DNA of 64,000 nt, filler included, from Basidioascus undulatus (GCA_000826855.1; 4 parts of 4 records of this genome joined end to end with filler, not necessarily neighbours in it), one strand, 5' to 3'; shown: positions 13,992 to 26,830, counted from the first letter of the whole stretch. A program made the numbers and translations. Notes: generated from the sequence alone by a model not told the origin.

Positions 13992-15407
13992 ATGAGGGCG
14001 TCTCTATCAGACCTTTCGCCCGAGATCTCTTGCTCATTTCCGCACCCACCCCGCCTCTTTTGCGGGCAGCGTCTATCGTAAGGAATGGGGCGAGAAGTGG
14101 GATAAGAACCCGCACCCAGCCAGACGCGAGCGTCACAGAATCCTGCTGCCTCTGTCGCAGACCTGCCGAGCTCTGCGAACAGTCCTTGCCTTTCGTTTTC
14201 GAGACGCTGCGCGCCTCTCGAGAGGCGCCCGACGACGCCGAGGCGAAGGCGTCTTCGCGAGCGCATCACCTTCTTGTTAGAGCGGCCGGAATTGCGATTT
14301 TGGTGCGGTGAGTGAACCCAGTGGTCAGGCGACGATCTCCCCACCGAAGACAGAGAAACTGACAAAGGCTTTCCCCCCTAGGACGGTCGACCTCGATCTG
14401 CCCCAAAATGATCGCGTTGCGCCCACCCCGCTCCTGACGCAGCTCCGTAAGCTGCCCCCCTCCTCCCCAACCTCCAGCAAGTCAACACCAACCTCCAGAG
14501 GGCCCAGGTCCAGGCAAAGCTGCACGACCTGCGCCTCCCATCCGGCGCGAGCTCCGATTCGCGGCACATCAGGACTGGGCGCGCGTGATGTACGTGGAGA
14601 ACGCGGCACGCGCCGAAGAACAAGACGCCCACCTTGGGCGAGGGCGGACCTTCCGATAAGGTCGTCAGATACCTCGTCAACAAACCGCTATATGAGGGAG
14701 GTTACGAATCCCCTTGCGTAAGCTTAGCGGTTGGTCCTTGCATCGGCGTTCCAAACTTGCAAGGACACGTATTACTGAATTCTCGATTCTCCCATACGCC
14801 AAATCCCCAGGATTCAAAAACATTTGTCCCAACGTTGAGTTCTTCGACTACGGCGACTCCATCTTGGGAAGCGGGACCAAGAGGTGCGGTGCATGGTACA
14901 TCCTCGTGCTTTGGAAGACCTTTACAATCGCCTTCACCCTCTGTATTTTCGGAAGTGGAGGGCTAAAGGACTTTTTCGCAGCGAGCCGCTCCCGACCTTT
15001 CCGCGTTCCCTTTCCTTCGCGAGGTCCGCGTTGCCATCCGTGCTGTCGGCGAGCTGCCGCACAACCCCTCGTACATCCTTCCTGACTGGGCTCCGAGGCT
15101 CGTAGAAGGAGCACCGCGGAACGAGCAGGAGCGGTGTGCGCGAGGGCTTCTCGAGGGTATCGCGAGGGAGTTGGGGAAGCATTGTCCTCGCTTGGAGCGT
15201 TTCTGGTATGGCGAGGAGGCGGTGCTTTTGTGCGCATCAAGAGGGACGATGCTGGGGCACTCAACCGGGTTGAGGTTGGCGCGCTTCCGAAGAAGGTGTT
15301 CTACACAGGGAGATACGGTTAGACTGGAGGAAATTTATCACACGTTCGGGCCTTACCAGCCCTTTTGGCCTACGCATGTTACACATGCCGCACAGAGATG
15401 CAAATGA
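13992..15407 (+). pseudogene. Degenerate F-box-like gene
   Basis: MRASLSDLSPEI F-box-type start, then a frameshift; LPFVFETL; GT-AG intron-like breaks; coding-like segments lie in different frames. Confidence 0.5.
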
Positions 15408-15802
15408 AGTGTCGATTACCGAAACAGACAAGGCAGCACATGTCAATTGTGCACATGTATGGAAGAGAGTAAAAATCTAGGTGAAACATCTTGATATTTG
15501 CAAGGAGGCAAAGCACAGTAAAAGGAACTCGTTTCGCGGTGCAGAGTGCGGACGCAGCGAGAGGCTCTTTTCGAAGGTCCTTTGAACCTCCGGCATTCCA
15601 ATTTGCGAACCATGACACTTGACTATTGATATACGTTGTGAGATCTTCATCACATTGTAACGCATTTCCATCCCCTAGGCAATTCAGAAGCAGCTTTACA
15701 CGCACACGTGGCTTTGTACAGGCTCATGGTATCGGTCTACTGTGCATGCGCTGTGGGGAAACTGCAAGTGTCACTGCACTGCAACCAGCTCTACATGTGC
15801 GT

Positions 15803-16405
15803 TCAAGTGTGGGCAACAGGCACAGTCACTCCCTCCGCATCAACCAAAGCGATCCCCGAGCCGGCCAGTTCGCCCGCAGGCGCATGGCCCACTGCAGCGC
15901 CACCGCCACGTCCGGATTACCATCCGCGTTTATCAAATAGTCCAAGTTGAAGTTGTCGTTACTCACGACCTCCATCCGGCTCAGCACGGGCAGCTGGCCT
16001 TGTCAAACGCAAGCAGAGCGCCCTCGGCTGCTTCTCGAGTGCCGGCCTTCTCGGCATGGATGTCGAGAGCGAGTGTTTCGAGCGTCTTGTGGCGGAGCCG
16101 GGAAAGCGAAGGATGGAATGACTCCTCGGAGCGGATGTCGAGGCGCACGAGTTGGGGGAAGACGTCCCCCAAGGTATCGAAGAGGACGTACCTGTCGCCG
16201 AGCTCAATGCCCAAACACCGCAGGTTGCGGCCAAGCTTCCGAAGGACGCGCGGTACCAGCCCCGGCTCGATGTCGAGACCCTGGAGGTCCGAATAGAGCT
16301 CTTTGAGCGAAGGAAGGGAGGCTCGCGCGAGATTTACCAAGCACGCATCCCTCGACTCAAGCTCGCCAGATGCGAATGTGGGCTTGCGCAAGTGCGGCAT
16401 CTCGA
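15803..16405 (-). pseudogene. 3' part of an F-box/LRR-like gene, paralog of 11012-11720, cut by the contig end
   Basis: LRR-like LPSLKELY..., LGRNLRCLGIEL, FPQLVRLDI, LETLALDI. Tail ALQWAMRL/ELAGSGIALVDAEGVTVPVAHT* has a 1-nt deletion relative to copy 1. Confidence 0.55.
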
Positions 16406-16505
16406 NNNNNNNNNNNNNNNNNNNNNNNNNNNNNNNNNNNNNNNNNNNNTTAATTAATTAANNNNNNNNNNNNNNNNNNNNNNNNNNNNNNNNNNNNNNN
16501 NNNNN
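16406..16505. other. Artificial contig spacer N44-TTAATTAATTAA-N44
   Basis: Exactly 100 nt; palindromic six-frame stop linker at 16450-16461. Confidence 0.98.
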
Positions 16506-17479
16506 GGGGGGGGGGGGGGGGGGGCGCATGGCTAAATGTGGGGAGTTAATGTATTATACTGTTTTTCCGTGCGTATTCCTGTTTTTCCTCCCTGCAATGC
16601 ATATATTTCTTTCCTAGCATCCCTCCAGTGTGAAACGCCTTTTAGCGGGCTGTATGCGCTGATGTAAACGCACATACATAAACATTACTCAGACGCTGCC
16701 TGAAGGACTGCGGGGCGGCCCTGAAGCATAGCAGACGTGTTTGGGCTAGCGGTATCCTAGCACACAAATACTGAAAGCACTGCTGAGCAGGCTAGGAACA
16801 GTGCGAGTACGGTCCGCTGGTAGGCAGCCCTTACGGGCGCTTTGCCAGTAAGACAGCGGAGGGCCGTGCCCTCTCATTCTGTTACCTAACACCCACACAG
16901 ACACACTGTTCTGCACGGAATATGCTTCAAGACCCGCATCGAGTATTCTCTTGACCAGCAGTCTCGAAAGCTGCCCAGAAGCAGTTCGACCATTTGTGCT
17001 GGGTTTCCTGCGTCACCGTTCTCACCACATCTCAGCTACTGAAACTTTAACAGTTTTCTTGGTCTTTTGCACGTCAAAGCGTCTCTTTTTCTGAAGAGAT
17101 CTATAACCAATCGTGCTCATGTGAGCATCCAAGAGCATCAGTACGACGTCGACAGGGACGTGTCCGCACCTTCCTTACAAACACACTGATAAGCGCTGCC
17201 GGACTTACGTTTCCGCAAATGGAAGTATCTTGAATGGGACATCAGATAGCTTGCGTCGAAGGGGACATCGAGAGCATGTGGCGAAGCAAGTCGAAGGGCC
17301 GGCTGCGCCGAAAGTTGCGCCGCGTTTTTCAAACCCTCTTTCTTTCGTCCCCTCATCATCCTCTGACAACTTCGCACACCTCTCTTTTACCTCCCTTTGG
17401 AGACCGGGCGCCTTATCATTTTTAAATCGCCCAATTCTTATCGCTGCTGTCTATTCGAAGTTGTTTCGCTACCACCGTC

Positions 17480-18870
17480 ATGGGCAGACTCGAGCTTCCC
17501 GAGCTTCCCGCTCCTCAGCCTCCCGCTCGAGATCGTCCACTTTACCGTCTCACCTTTCTCGAGCTGACCGGCATTGTCGCGTTCTCTGAGGCATCCCGCT
17601 CCTGTCGCCTTCTTGCTCTTCCTATAATCTTCGGTGAGATGACTATCGGCTCGTCGGCCGGGGATGTCAACCTGAGCGGTCTTGCTTGGGCACTGGCGAT
17701 TTTGGAGAGCGTGGGCGACGAGTTCAAGGGAGCGATAAGGTGTGTTCGTTAAACCCACAACCATTGAGTTCAGCTTTGTAGCTGAATATGCGAGGATTCC
17801 GGAGGATTCTCAGATCTCTGCAGTTGACCAGCGCTTACGGTTCCACTGCTTAGTACCGCAAAACGCCAGACCACACCGAAAGATTGTTGCACGCCCTCGG
17901 CTTACTTTGAATATCAGATGTCTCTATTTGAAGCCTTGGGCTTCGGAGATCCCGATCAAATACCTTCCAGCGATCTTGTCAGTCTTGCGCGGCCTTCCGA
18001 GGCTATGGGATCTGCGTCTCAGCTTCGAGTGGGAAACACCGGTGCTGGGCGCGCCATGCCTCGGTCTTCAAGGATTGAAGACGCTTCAGATCTTCTGGCG
18101 CTTGATCGATGAGTCGAGCCGACCCGGAAGGGGGCTCGTCCATCTCGAGGCTCTTGTCATCCGTCACTGCCAACGCTCGTGCGCCTTCACATCGCGAACG
18201 AGGCCAAAGAGAATAGCACCGTAGCTTTCGGCTTGAAGTTCCCTCTGCTTGCGGATGGAGGGGCAACGCTCAGGGCATTAGATATATCACCTACAGTCGA
18301 AACACGGGAGTGCTCGAGATGGCTTGCCAGACTTTTCCAAATCTCCTCGAGCTGAGCATCATCTGGAAATGCAAGGTCGGCCCCGGGCCGTGCTGGAAGG
18401 TATGTATTGATTTCGGTACATTTTGCTATCCATTGAGATGAAACGTCAAATCTCACAGGACGAGTATATTGGTCCGCTCTCGACCCTTTGCAACCTCGAG
18501 CGTCTCTGCTTGTCGCACGACTTTGAGAGTCTTGCTCATGACAGCTTCGATGAGCTCGATGACGAGGAGCTTGCTTGGGATAGCCTATTGCGTGGCATCG
18601 GCGTTGCCACTCACGCCGGCTCGAGGCGACGCGCAAGCTTGCCACTGCGTGCCCGAGGCTGCGCAACTGCCTATGGAACTTGCCTTGGCCGCGCGATGAA
18701 GCTGATAATAACACCCATGTCTTCGTTGTGTGCGAGAGGTCGCTTGGTGAGCGGGACGTTTCCCAGTGAAGGGATGGTGGTTGCGCCATGAGCTTGATTC
18801 GAGTGATGATGAGGAGGTGGTGGTAAGCGAGGATGGGAGCGTGGACACCGATTCTGGGGAGAACTGGTAA
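17480..18870 (+). pseudogene. Degenerate F-box/LRR-like gene
   Basis: F-box motif PLLSLPLEIVHFTV is out of frame with the ATG ORF and with IVAFSEASRSCRLLALPIIF. LRR-like LPRLWDLRLS, LQGLKTLQI, LCNLERLCLS. Acidic tail to TAA 18868-18870. Confidence 0.55.
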
Positions 18871-19378
18871 CTAGACCAAATGTTGTTGTTCTATCGATAT
18901 TCTCTTATGGGAATGTGATAATGCGTTCACCAGAAGTCCGCACGTGTTGAGTTTCGGGCCATCCGCTAGAAAGTGCGAAGTGAGCGTTTATCGTGGATTC
19001 GTTCCACGCAATATTTATTCTGCAGTTCCAAAGAGATTTTTCAATAGTTTGGAAAAGGCGTGCGGTGGAGAGGTTGGTATAATTACTCGGTTGCTTTCCA
19101 ACGTCACACCAAGTAAATGTTGTGCGGCTCTGTAAACAATGCCCAACTGCTTATAGGACGGAGCGACACGGTCTTCTCAACGGCTGAAGGCCCCAATACT
19201 AGCGAAACCTCAGCACACATGGCAGCATCATCTTCACCGGTGGGCGCCGGCGCCGCTTCCTCATCGGGATGCTTACGACATCAGTACGAGCAATACATAA
19301 ACACAAGAACGATGCTCGAATAAACCACCACCGTACAACAGCGCCGTCGCGAGCATGCCGCGTCCCGCTCCCCGACAC

Positions 19379-21854
19379 TCAGTCGTCCCGCTTGGCCTTC
19401 TTCTTCGGCGGGCCCTCGCCGTTCCCGCTGCTCTTCTTGGGCGCCTTCTTCTTGGGCGCCTCCTCCATCTCGACGTCCGACCCTCCGCCTGCATCCGAGC
19501 CTTCCTCGTCCGACTCGGACTCGGACGGAGACCCGCCGTCGGAGGACGACGCTTGGAAGTCCTCGTCCTCTGCGGGTGGGCGATGGCGGAATGAGCATGA
19601 GTAGGTCCAAGGCGAGGGCAGTAGAGAGAGGGTGAGGAAGGGGGAAAGAAAGAAAAGGAGAACCCACCCGACTCGTCCTCATCCTCGTCCATGGCCGCCC
19701 CGCCCGCGGCCGCCGGCGCGCGAGCCTTGGGCTTTTTCCTCCCCGCGTCCTCGTCGCTCTCCATTTCAACATCCTCGTCCTCGTCATCGTCCGAGAGCAT
19801 CGCGGGCGCGCCGAGCAGGTCGCCATCCTGCATCTCGTTCTTGATGCGAACCTTGTGCGAGCGGAAGAAGTCCTCGAGCGGCTGGTGCTCCTCCCGGTTG
19901 AGCGACATGAACGTGTGCTCCGGCCCGGACTTGGTCACGATATTGAGGTCGAACGTCTTGCCAGACGAGACGGCGCCGCCGACGCTGTTCAGGAGGACCA
20001 GACCGAAGGATGGCGTCAGGGACTGCTGCGATTGTGGGAGAAGGGGCAGACAGACGCACCGAGAGAAGATGGCTTGGTGGATGTCGTTGAAAGGAACGTG
20101 GACGGGCTGCTTGGCGACGAAGATGAGGGACTTTTCGAGGATGTACAGGTCGCCCTGGACGGCCTTGACGTTACACTTGATCGCGTATTGCCCGTTGTGG
20201 CTGAGCGTGCGGCGGCAGTCAGCATGCATCCCAGAATGTCAGTCCGGGCTGCGCAGAGCTCACGCACCTCCGGAACGATTTGGGGGTGATAATGTCCTTT
20301 CCGCTCAGCCCCCGGAAGACGGACGAGACGACCTCGAACGTGGGCGCGTCGTAGCGCTTCAGCAGCCGGTCGCCGTACTTCTCCTTGATCGCATCTCTGC
20401 TCGCACCCAGGACGCATCAGTACCAGTTCATGCTAGCAGCGTGGGTCAGAGAAACGCACTCCTCCATGTTGAGCTCCGCGTCCATCTCCTCGTCCTTGGC
20501 GAACTGCATGACGAGGTACGGGTACCGCGTCTGGCCTTGCCGGATTGGCGGATCGAGGCCGACCTGCGTGCGCGGCTCAGTCAGACTTCCCTTGCGGATA
20601 CCCTTCCCACATGCGTGGAGGACTTACGACGAGCTGCAGGTGGATCTCGTCCGGCTTAGGCAAGAGGAACATGCGCGTGATGGACGAGTACAGGATCTTG
20701 TAGTCGTACGTCTTGCCGCGCAGACGAAGGAACGTGGGAAACATGTCGACGTCGTAACGACCTCTGCGAAAGGCAACCTCTTCAGTCTCTACCTTTCCAG
20801 ACACCACAGAAAAAGGATTGAAAGTGCACCTGGGCGTGACGACGAGCACCTCGTTGAAGACGACGAGCCCCTCCCCACTGACCTGCCCGATCTCCGCCTT
20901 GTCCTTGATCTGGTCATGGAACGCCTGCGCCGCGGTCACCTCCTCGTCCTCCTCCCCTCCTCCCGCGTCCGAGCCCGCGTCCGACCCGGCCTTGACCGTG
21001 CCGGGGATGTAGAACCGCATCTCGACGAGCTCGTCCGCGCGCCGGGACTTGGACGAGGACGACGTGGGCGCGCCCTCGGCCGAGGCGGTCGGGTCGACGA
21101 ACTCGAGCGATACTTCTGTCTTGGATGCGATGTTCGAGTTGGCGATGTTGCGGAGGGGAAGTTCGAACATTGTCCGGCCAGAGACTTGGAAAGCGAGGTC
21201 CGAGCCTGCCCATGCCCTCATCAGTCCCATGCCTTCCAGAACATATCGCAATGTGGACGCACCCTGGAAGTCCGTTTTACCCCAGTTCCAACCCTTGATG
21301 GAAATCTCCTTCGTCTCCAGCGTGATCCCATAGAAGTCCTTGACCGCCTTGCTGAGGCGGTCAAAATCCTGCAGATCGCGGGGATATGAGCACGCCAGCT
21401 GCCTGTCCGAGAGCGGGAGTGTACTGACCTCCCGCATCAGCCCGTCGAACGTTTCGCGTCGGCGGTCGTTCTTCAGACCGATACGAAGCTGGAAATTGCG
21501 GGCCACCCTGCATGAATGCCTGTCAGCCGCACCGTCTATACCGACTCAAAGCAGCTCATAGCACACCTGATCCATTGCATCCACTTCATGTCCCCCGCCG
21601 CCACGGTGACGAGCGACCCCTTGTCATCGCTCTTCCACCCCAAACCCGCCTGCTGCAGACGCAGCACTGCCGATGGAAAGACCGTGATCAGCTAAAGCTC
21701 TCCAGCAGGCCGCACCCAACCAGGGGTGGAGAGACCTACTGCCCGGCTGCGGGTTGAGGTCGTGAAAGACCTTCTCAAAGCTGTTCCGCCAAACTTGTGA
21801 GCCTCAGTCGCGGTTGCACAAGGCGCGTCCATGGCCGACGTACTCGACGCTCAT
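19379..21854 (-). CDS. POB3: FACT complex subunit Pob3/SSRP1
   Basis: [93 protein letters not shown]; acidic then basic tail; no HMG box, as is usual in fungi. Confidence 0.96.
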
Positions 21855-22312
21855 GCTGCCGGCCTGCGGAGATAGGTGTCGGCGTCGAATGTGGGTTGCT
21901 ATAAGCGCCTGTGCTATGAATTCACGGACTTTGCGATAGTGTGAGCGCAAGAGATGGTCGTTGGCAGTGGCGAAGCGAGTTGCACGACCGACATGAGCTC
22001 GACGCGAACCGCGTTTCGGGCGTAAGTCTGCATGTGTGTGGCATTTCATGTAGGTTCGAACCCCTTTCGGCCCTCACGAGCACTGCTCGGGCGGCAAACA
22101 GAGGTAGTATCTTCCGTGTTTTGATTCGCAACCACTGCGCATATCCTGTTCAAAGATACTCATACTCCCTGAAAATTGTAGAGACCTACTGATCGATGAA
22201 CGCAGTCAACGAGGTCCAGTGTGGCGATCTCGCAGTGCTGCCGCGTTCCTTCGACGAACTGGGCTCGACCGCCATGCGTCCCAGCTCACAGACCTCCCAC
22301 CATCTTTTTCTG

Positions 22313-23778
22313 ATGGCAACACAGGTTGCTCATGGCTTCCTCGAACGCCTACGGGCAGGTCAGTCTCAGCTCACGAACTCTCCTACTGGCTTTCCTCGCT
22401 CACCTTGCCTCATCTCCCTCTCGACAGAAAATCGAAGACCAGTAACGCCGTTTTCTGCGGCTGTCGCCTTCCTCCTGCCCCCACTCTCGCTCCTTCCTAC
22501 TCTTTTCCTGCTCCTCCGCGGCCCTCAAACTCGCTTCTGGCGTATCGCGCTGTTTCCTCTCCCCGTCCTCGCGGCCCTTCACGCGGGATGGGGATACAGA
22601 ATTGGGGTGCCGTGGCAGGTGGGCTTCGAACAAGGTACGCCGCAGTACTCTGATATTTTATCATTCCGCTTCACGATACTGACAATGCATTCCAGTGTTC
22701 CCCATATACGGCTTCTTCTCCCTGTCCAAAGCAGTCGAGTGGACACTCCTGCCGTCCGCACCGACGCAAACCGGCGACCCTTCCATCCCGCGCCCGCCTC
22801 TCCTTCTCGACCTCCTGAACAACATGCGCGGCATCGGGCTCTCCTTTGGTCCACCCCTACGCGCGGCCCAGGCACCCACCCGAACGCAGTTCGTTCGCCG
22901 GGCGCTGCTCGAAGTCGCCGCGATCTACCTCCTGGGCGACGTGCTCGACACGCTCGCCAAGACGACTCCGGGGGTCGGCACGCCCACAGGCGGAAGCATT
23001 TATGATTCCCATCCGCCTTGGCTCCCGCCGAGACTCCAGTGGCTCGCGAGCACTGCGCTCGTCTTCGTGATGGGCGCGATGATCTACGCGTCGGTCAACT
23101 TCGGCTACCTCGCGAACTCGATCCTCGCTGTCGGACTGCTCGGGCAGCACCCCGCATTGTGGCCGCCGCTCTTTAGAAGTCCCTGGGCAGCCGGTACGTA
23201 TCCCCCCTCCCCCTTTCGATCTACACAATCTTTTGGCGCTGACGTCCAGCGCCCGCTTTCAGACAGCCTCGCCGACTTCTGGGGCCGGAGATGGCACGCC
23301 CTCTTCCGGCGCAGCTGGGTAGTCCTGGGCGGCGTCCCCGGTGCCTTCCTGCTCGGCGTTCCCGGCGTCGTGCTCGGCACGTTCCTCGCCTCGGGCGTGC
23401 TCCACGACCTCGGCATCCGAGCGATGGACCCCTCGCGCCCACCGCCGCTCTCCGTCCTCGCGTTCTTCGTCATCCAGGCGCTGGGCGTCATTGCTGAGCG
23501 CGCGCTGGGGAAGGGGCGCGTGCGTGGGTGGTGCGGCCGCGTGTGGATGTGGGCTTGGCTGTTGGGTTGGGGGCATGTGCCGGTTGAGGTACGTTCGCAG
23601 GGCGAGGAGACATGCTTCGGAAGTTCTGACATGAGGGATGGGGGCGCAGGTCTGGTTCCAGAGAGGAATGGCGGGGACGTGGGTAGGCACAGAACCGTTC
23701 TCGCCCGTGAGGCTGGCGCTGGTCTGGAGCGGATGGTGGACCGGAGATCCAGCGGACTTGTATACCCGGAGAGCATAA
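22313..23778 (+). CDS. Membrane-bound O-acyltransferase (MBOAT_2 / wax synthase-like)
   Basis: LLDLLNNMRGIG, WPPLFRSPWAA/SLADFWGRRWHALFRR, FLASGVLHDLG, FFVIQALGVIAE; multiple TM segments; GT-AG introns. Confidence 0.88.
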
Positions 23779-23993
23779 CATACCCGCTACCACCAAATGC
23801 ATCGTATTCTTTCCACTTGTTCCTTTGCCGGGATGCAGCTCACGAGACGCAGGATAGAGACCAACAGGCGAAGACCAAGTTGCGCATCGGATGATACTGA
23901 TACAACAGGGGGTACAGCCGTCCACAATAGTGCAAAGCAAGCAACTAATTCTCTCTTCAGCCCCTCCGACAATTTCACTTTCCTCTCTCCAGC

Positions 23994-24941
23994 TCACCAC
24001 AGCGTGTGGCTGCGCCCCGCCCGCTCGTCGCGCTCCTCCCCGCGACCCTTCACACTCGCCCGCCGCCGCTGGGGTGTGCATGGCGGAGTCGGAACGCCGC
24101 CGGACGAGACCGACCAGCAGTCCGAAGGGGAGAGTGACGCGAACCGGGGCGGGGGCATGCTGAGAAGGTCCACCTCCTCCACCTCCTTCTCCTGGATGCC
24201 CCCGTTCTCGATCGCGCCGAAGGTCGAGGTCGACCATCGTACGGGGTTCGGAACGACCAGGAGCGATGGCGTCTCGAGCGGGGCCTCGTCCTCGTAGTCC
24301 CGGCCCAGGTCGCGGTCGTACTTGAACTCGTCCGACGACGCGTCCACCTCGACGAAGCGGTGGGTGCGCCAGTGGAACGCGACGAGCCCGACGTCCGCAG
24401 CGGCCGCGAACTCGATGAGCTCCGCCACGCGGTTGGCATGCGGCCGGCACAGCGGCACTGCGACGTGGAGGAACGCGGCGAAGGCGGCGTCGGCGCCGAA
24501 GGGGAGCAGGGTGGGGATCGCCTCGCCGGAGAGCTTGGCGAAGGCCTGTGGAGGACAGAGGGTCGTCAGTGAGTTGCACAGATACGGGGTCCGCTTGTGT
24601 GTAAGGGGAAGAGAACGCACGTAGTCCCGGTGGGCTTGGATAGCTTCGTCCACCAGCGCGTCCGCCCGTTCTCCGGCGTCGAGGAGGGCGGAGAAGTCAT
24701 ACATGAAGAGGGAGTCGGCGGTGGTGGAGTAGCAAGAGAGCGCTGGAGAGGGAGAGGGCGCCGGACAATCGAAAGTCGGGATGTAAGGGACAAGCGTGGG
24801 AGAAGGCATCGGCAGTGGTTCCGGGTGCGCCGTCTCGATGAAAAGTGAAAGCGTGTCGACGGAGGAGGTTGGGCTCGAGGAGAATGTGCGAGAGCGCCGG
24901 AAGACCTTGCTCAGGCGCTGTCGGATGCTCTGGAATCCCAT
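23994..24941 (-). CDS. Hypothetical protein (2 exons)
   Basis: ATG MGFQSIRQRLSKVF, strong GC3 bias, one GT-AG intron at ~24547-24620. No recognisable domain. Confidence 0.6.
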   Translation of the reverse strand: MGFQSIRQRLSKVFRRSRTFSSSPTSSVDTLSLFIETAHPEPLPMPSPTLVPYIPTFDCPAPSPSPALSCYSTTADSLFMYDFSALLDAGERADALVDEAIQAHRDYVRSLPLTHKRTPYLCNSLTTLCPPQAFAKLSGEAIPTLLPFGADAAFAAFLHVAVPLCRPHANRVAELIEFAAAADVGLVAFHWRTHRFVEVDASSDEFKYDRDLGRDYEDEAPLETPSLLVVPNPVRWSTSTFGAIENGGIQEKEVEEVDLLSMPPPRFASLSPSDCWSVSSGGVPTPPCTPQRRRASVKGRGEERDERAGRSHTLW

Positions 24942-25544
24942 CGTGGTGGAGGCGGAGCTGCTTCGAAGGGGGAGTACGTGGAGGGCGTCGAACAGCGGAC
25001 AGCGAGGTGAAAGGGGTGACAGAAGTGACTGTAGTGAGAGATGGAAGGGGTGGATTGTGAGAAGGGCACGAGCAAGGCGCCCCCATTTGTTAAGAGAGCG
25101 CCAATTCGTTTCCTCAGACTGTCTTACGGGGGGGCGTGAGGATTGGAGGGATTCGGCGGCGGATTGAGGCTCAGACTGAGCGAAGGCTCGCGCGAAGCAC
25201 GATCTACTCCCCTGCCATACGCACTTCAGCGCATGCATGGGTTGAGACAATCTGGCCTTTTTCAGGTAGCACGCACTTCTAGAGCAAATTCTGTTGTAAA
25301 CCAATTTTAGGCGTGAGTGACAGTTAGCCGTAAGTGCCAAAACGCAGCGTTGCCGGACGGTGTACCACGGCATCCGGAATGCTGGAAAAGACGAATACAA
25401 TGCTCGCCGGACTAACGGCGTTGTTGATTGAAGATTTCTCTGAGATAAGAAGTAATGCCGGTGACGATCATCCCTACAATGACCCCGGTCAAGGCTGGCA
25501 AACCAGTTCATTCTCCTCCTACTCATCGCGCAATCCGCAGACAC

Positions 25545-26030
25545 TCACTCCTCCCTGACCCAAACTTCCGTCTCCTCAATGATCCCCGCCTGCCTCATTG
25601 TATCGGCGTCCTGGAGCTCGCGTCCCTCGTGAGTCAGCGTTGGGGCTTGATCAGGATGGTCGCTGTCTGATGCGAGCTTTCGTCTGATCTCCACGATTTG
25701 CGTGTCCGAATGGACGGGGATCTCGACGTCCTGGCCGTTCGCGCGCCGTACGCGGAGAATATATGGGTCTGGGGAGCAAAATGAGAGGGTGAATTCAATT
25801 CAGGTGTAATGGTGTATTTACCGTGCCTTGCGGGCGTCTGCAAAGGACGGTGTTTGTAAGTAATTGTATCGCGCGGCCTGCCGAAACTTGAAAAAGGACA
25901 GGCGGACCCTCTCTCGCCTCACCCCGCCGCACAGTTTGTGCATGGTATCAGTCAGACGGCCCATGTTACCAATGATCGAGTCCTTCGGGGAGAGGGTGGT
26001 GAACTTGGTCCCCAAGATGAACGCGGCTGA
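25545..26030 (-). CDS. Ubiquitin-like (beta-grasp) domain gene fragment, no C-terminal GG; upstream exons uncertain or decayed
   Basis: Exon 25545-25768 (after a CAG acceptor) reads PYILRVRRANGQDVEIPVHSDTQIVEIRRKLASDSDHPDQAPTLTHEGRELQDADTMRQAGIIEETEVWVREE*, which follows the ubiquitin pattern by eye. Not in the ORF track. Confidence 0.6.
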
Positions 26031-26327
26031 TAAGCGAGAAAGTCATGGCATCACTGCCAAACTGAACCGTCCTCCCGGAAAAACACAACCGTCCTCTCGA
26101 GCAACACCTGATTGTCCTCATGACAAGCATGACTTTTTGAGTTCAGAAGATTCTGTTTGATACAAATTATCACCACTAACAATTTCAGTGATATAGAAAG
26201 TCAATACCAGGGACCACTCGCCAGCTCTCGTACGTTGCGACCGCGTGCAACACTGGGACCTAGGAGAATCGCACAAATTGAGCGTCCGCTAGCATGGCGC
26301 ATAAGCGATTCATCCATAACGCTCTCA

Positions 26328-26830
26328 GATTGTCTCAAATCGTTAAGGTCCGCAGTCCAGGGAATCCAGCCTTGGGGCGCCTCCCTCCCTCGTGCAGCAG
26401 CGGCAGCCTGTCCTTGCTCCTCCGCATGCTCTTCCTCTCGTTCAGCCCATGATGGTGATCAGTGCTGGCGGGGAGGGGGGTATGGGGGTGAAGGGGACTC
26501 AGCGGTGCTCAGCAGGTTTCGCGGGCTCAGGTACTCGTAGAGGAGCAGGACGTTCGTCGGCGTCAAGACCACTGCGCTGATACTGTCGCCCAATACTTCT
26601 GAGGGATGGGGGATGTACAAGCTAGCGTGAACGAGTTCCGGTATGAGTTCATGTGGGGGATTGGTACACACCTACCGAAATCGCCCATAACGCTGTTGTA
26701 CGTGAAGATTACCCTGAGCGGGACGTTCTGTCGCCGAATACCTTACTGTCATTTCGTGCCGCTCTGCTTCTCCCTGAACCGAACTGGAAGAGACGACTGA
26801 CAGCGGCAGGTTGATCATGTCTATGATACA
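26328..26830 (-). pseudogene. Decayed, internally deleted duplicate of the adjacent TOK channel gene
   Basis: VIFTYNSVMGDF vs VIFTYNSVVGEF; SAVVLTPTNVLLLYEY vs STVVSTLTNLLLIYDY; tail REGGAPRLDSLDCGP*RFETI* vs REGGGRWLDPLGWGRSRLETN*. Exact match cagcctgtccttgctcctccgc. Introns retained; frameshifts and a stop. Confidence 0.85.

Noticed and set aside
16450..16461. Palindrome TTAATTAATTAA repeated three times at ~16.5-kb spacing
   Set aside because: Synthetic six-frame-stop linker embedded in N runs, not biological periodicity.
19691..21389. 322-aa and 334-aa plus-strand ORFs
   Set aside because: Antisense shadows of POB3 with no motifs of their own.
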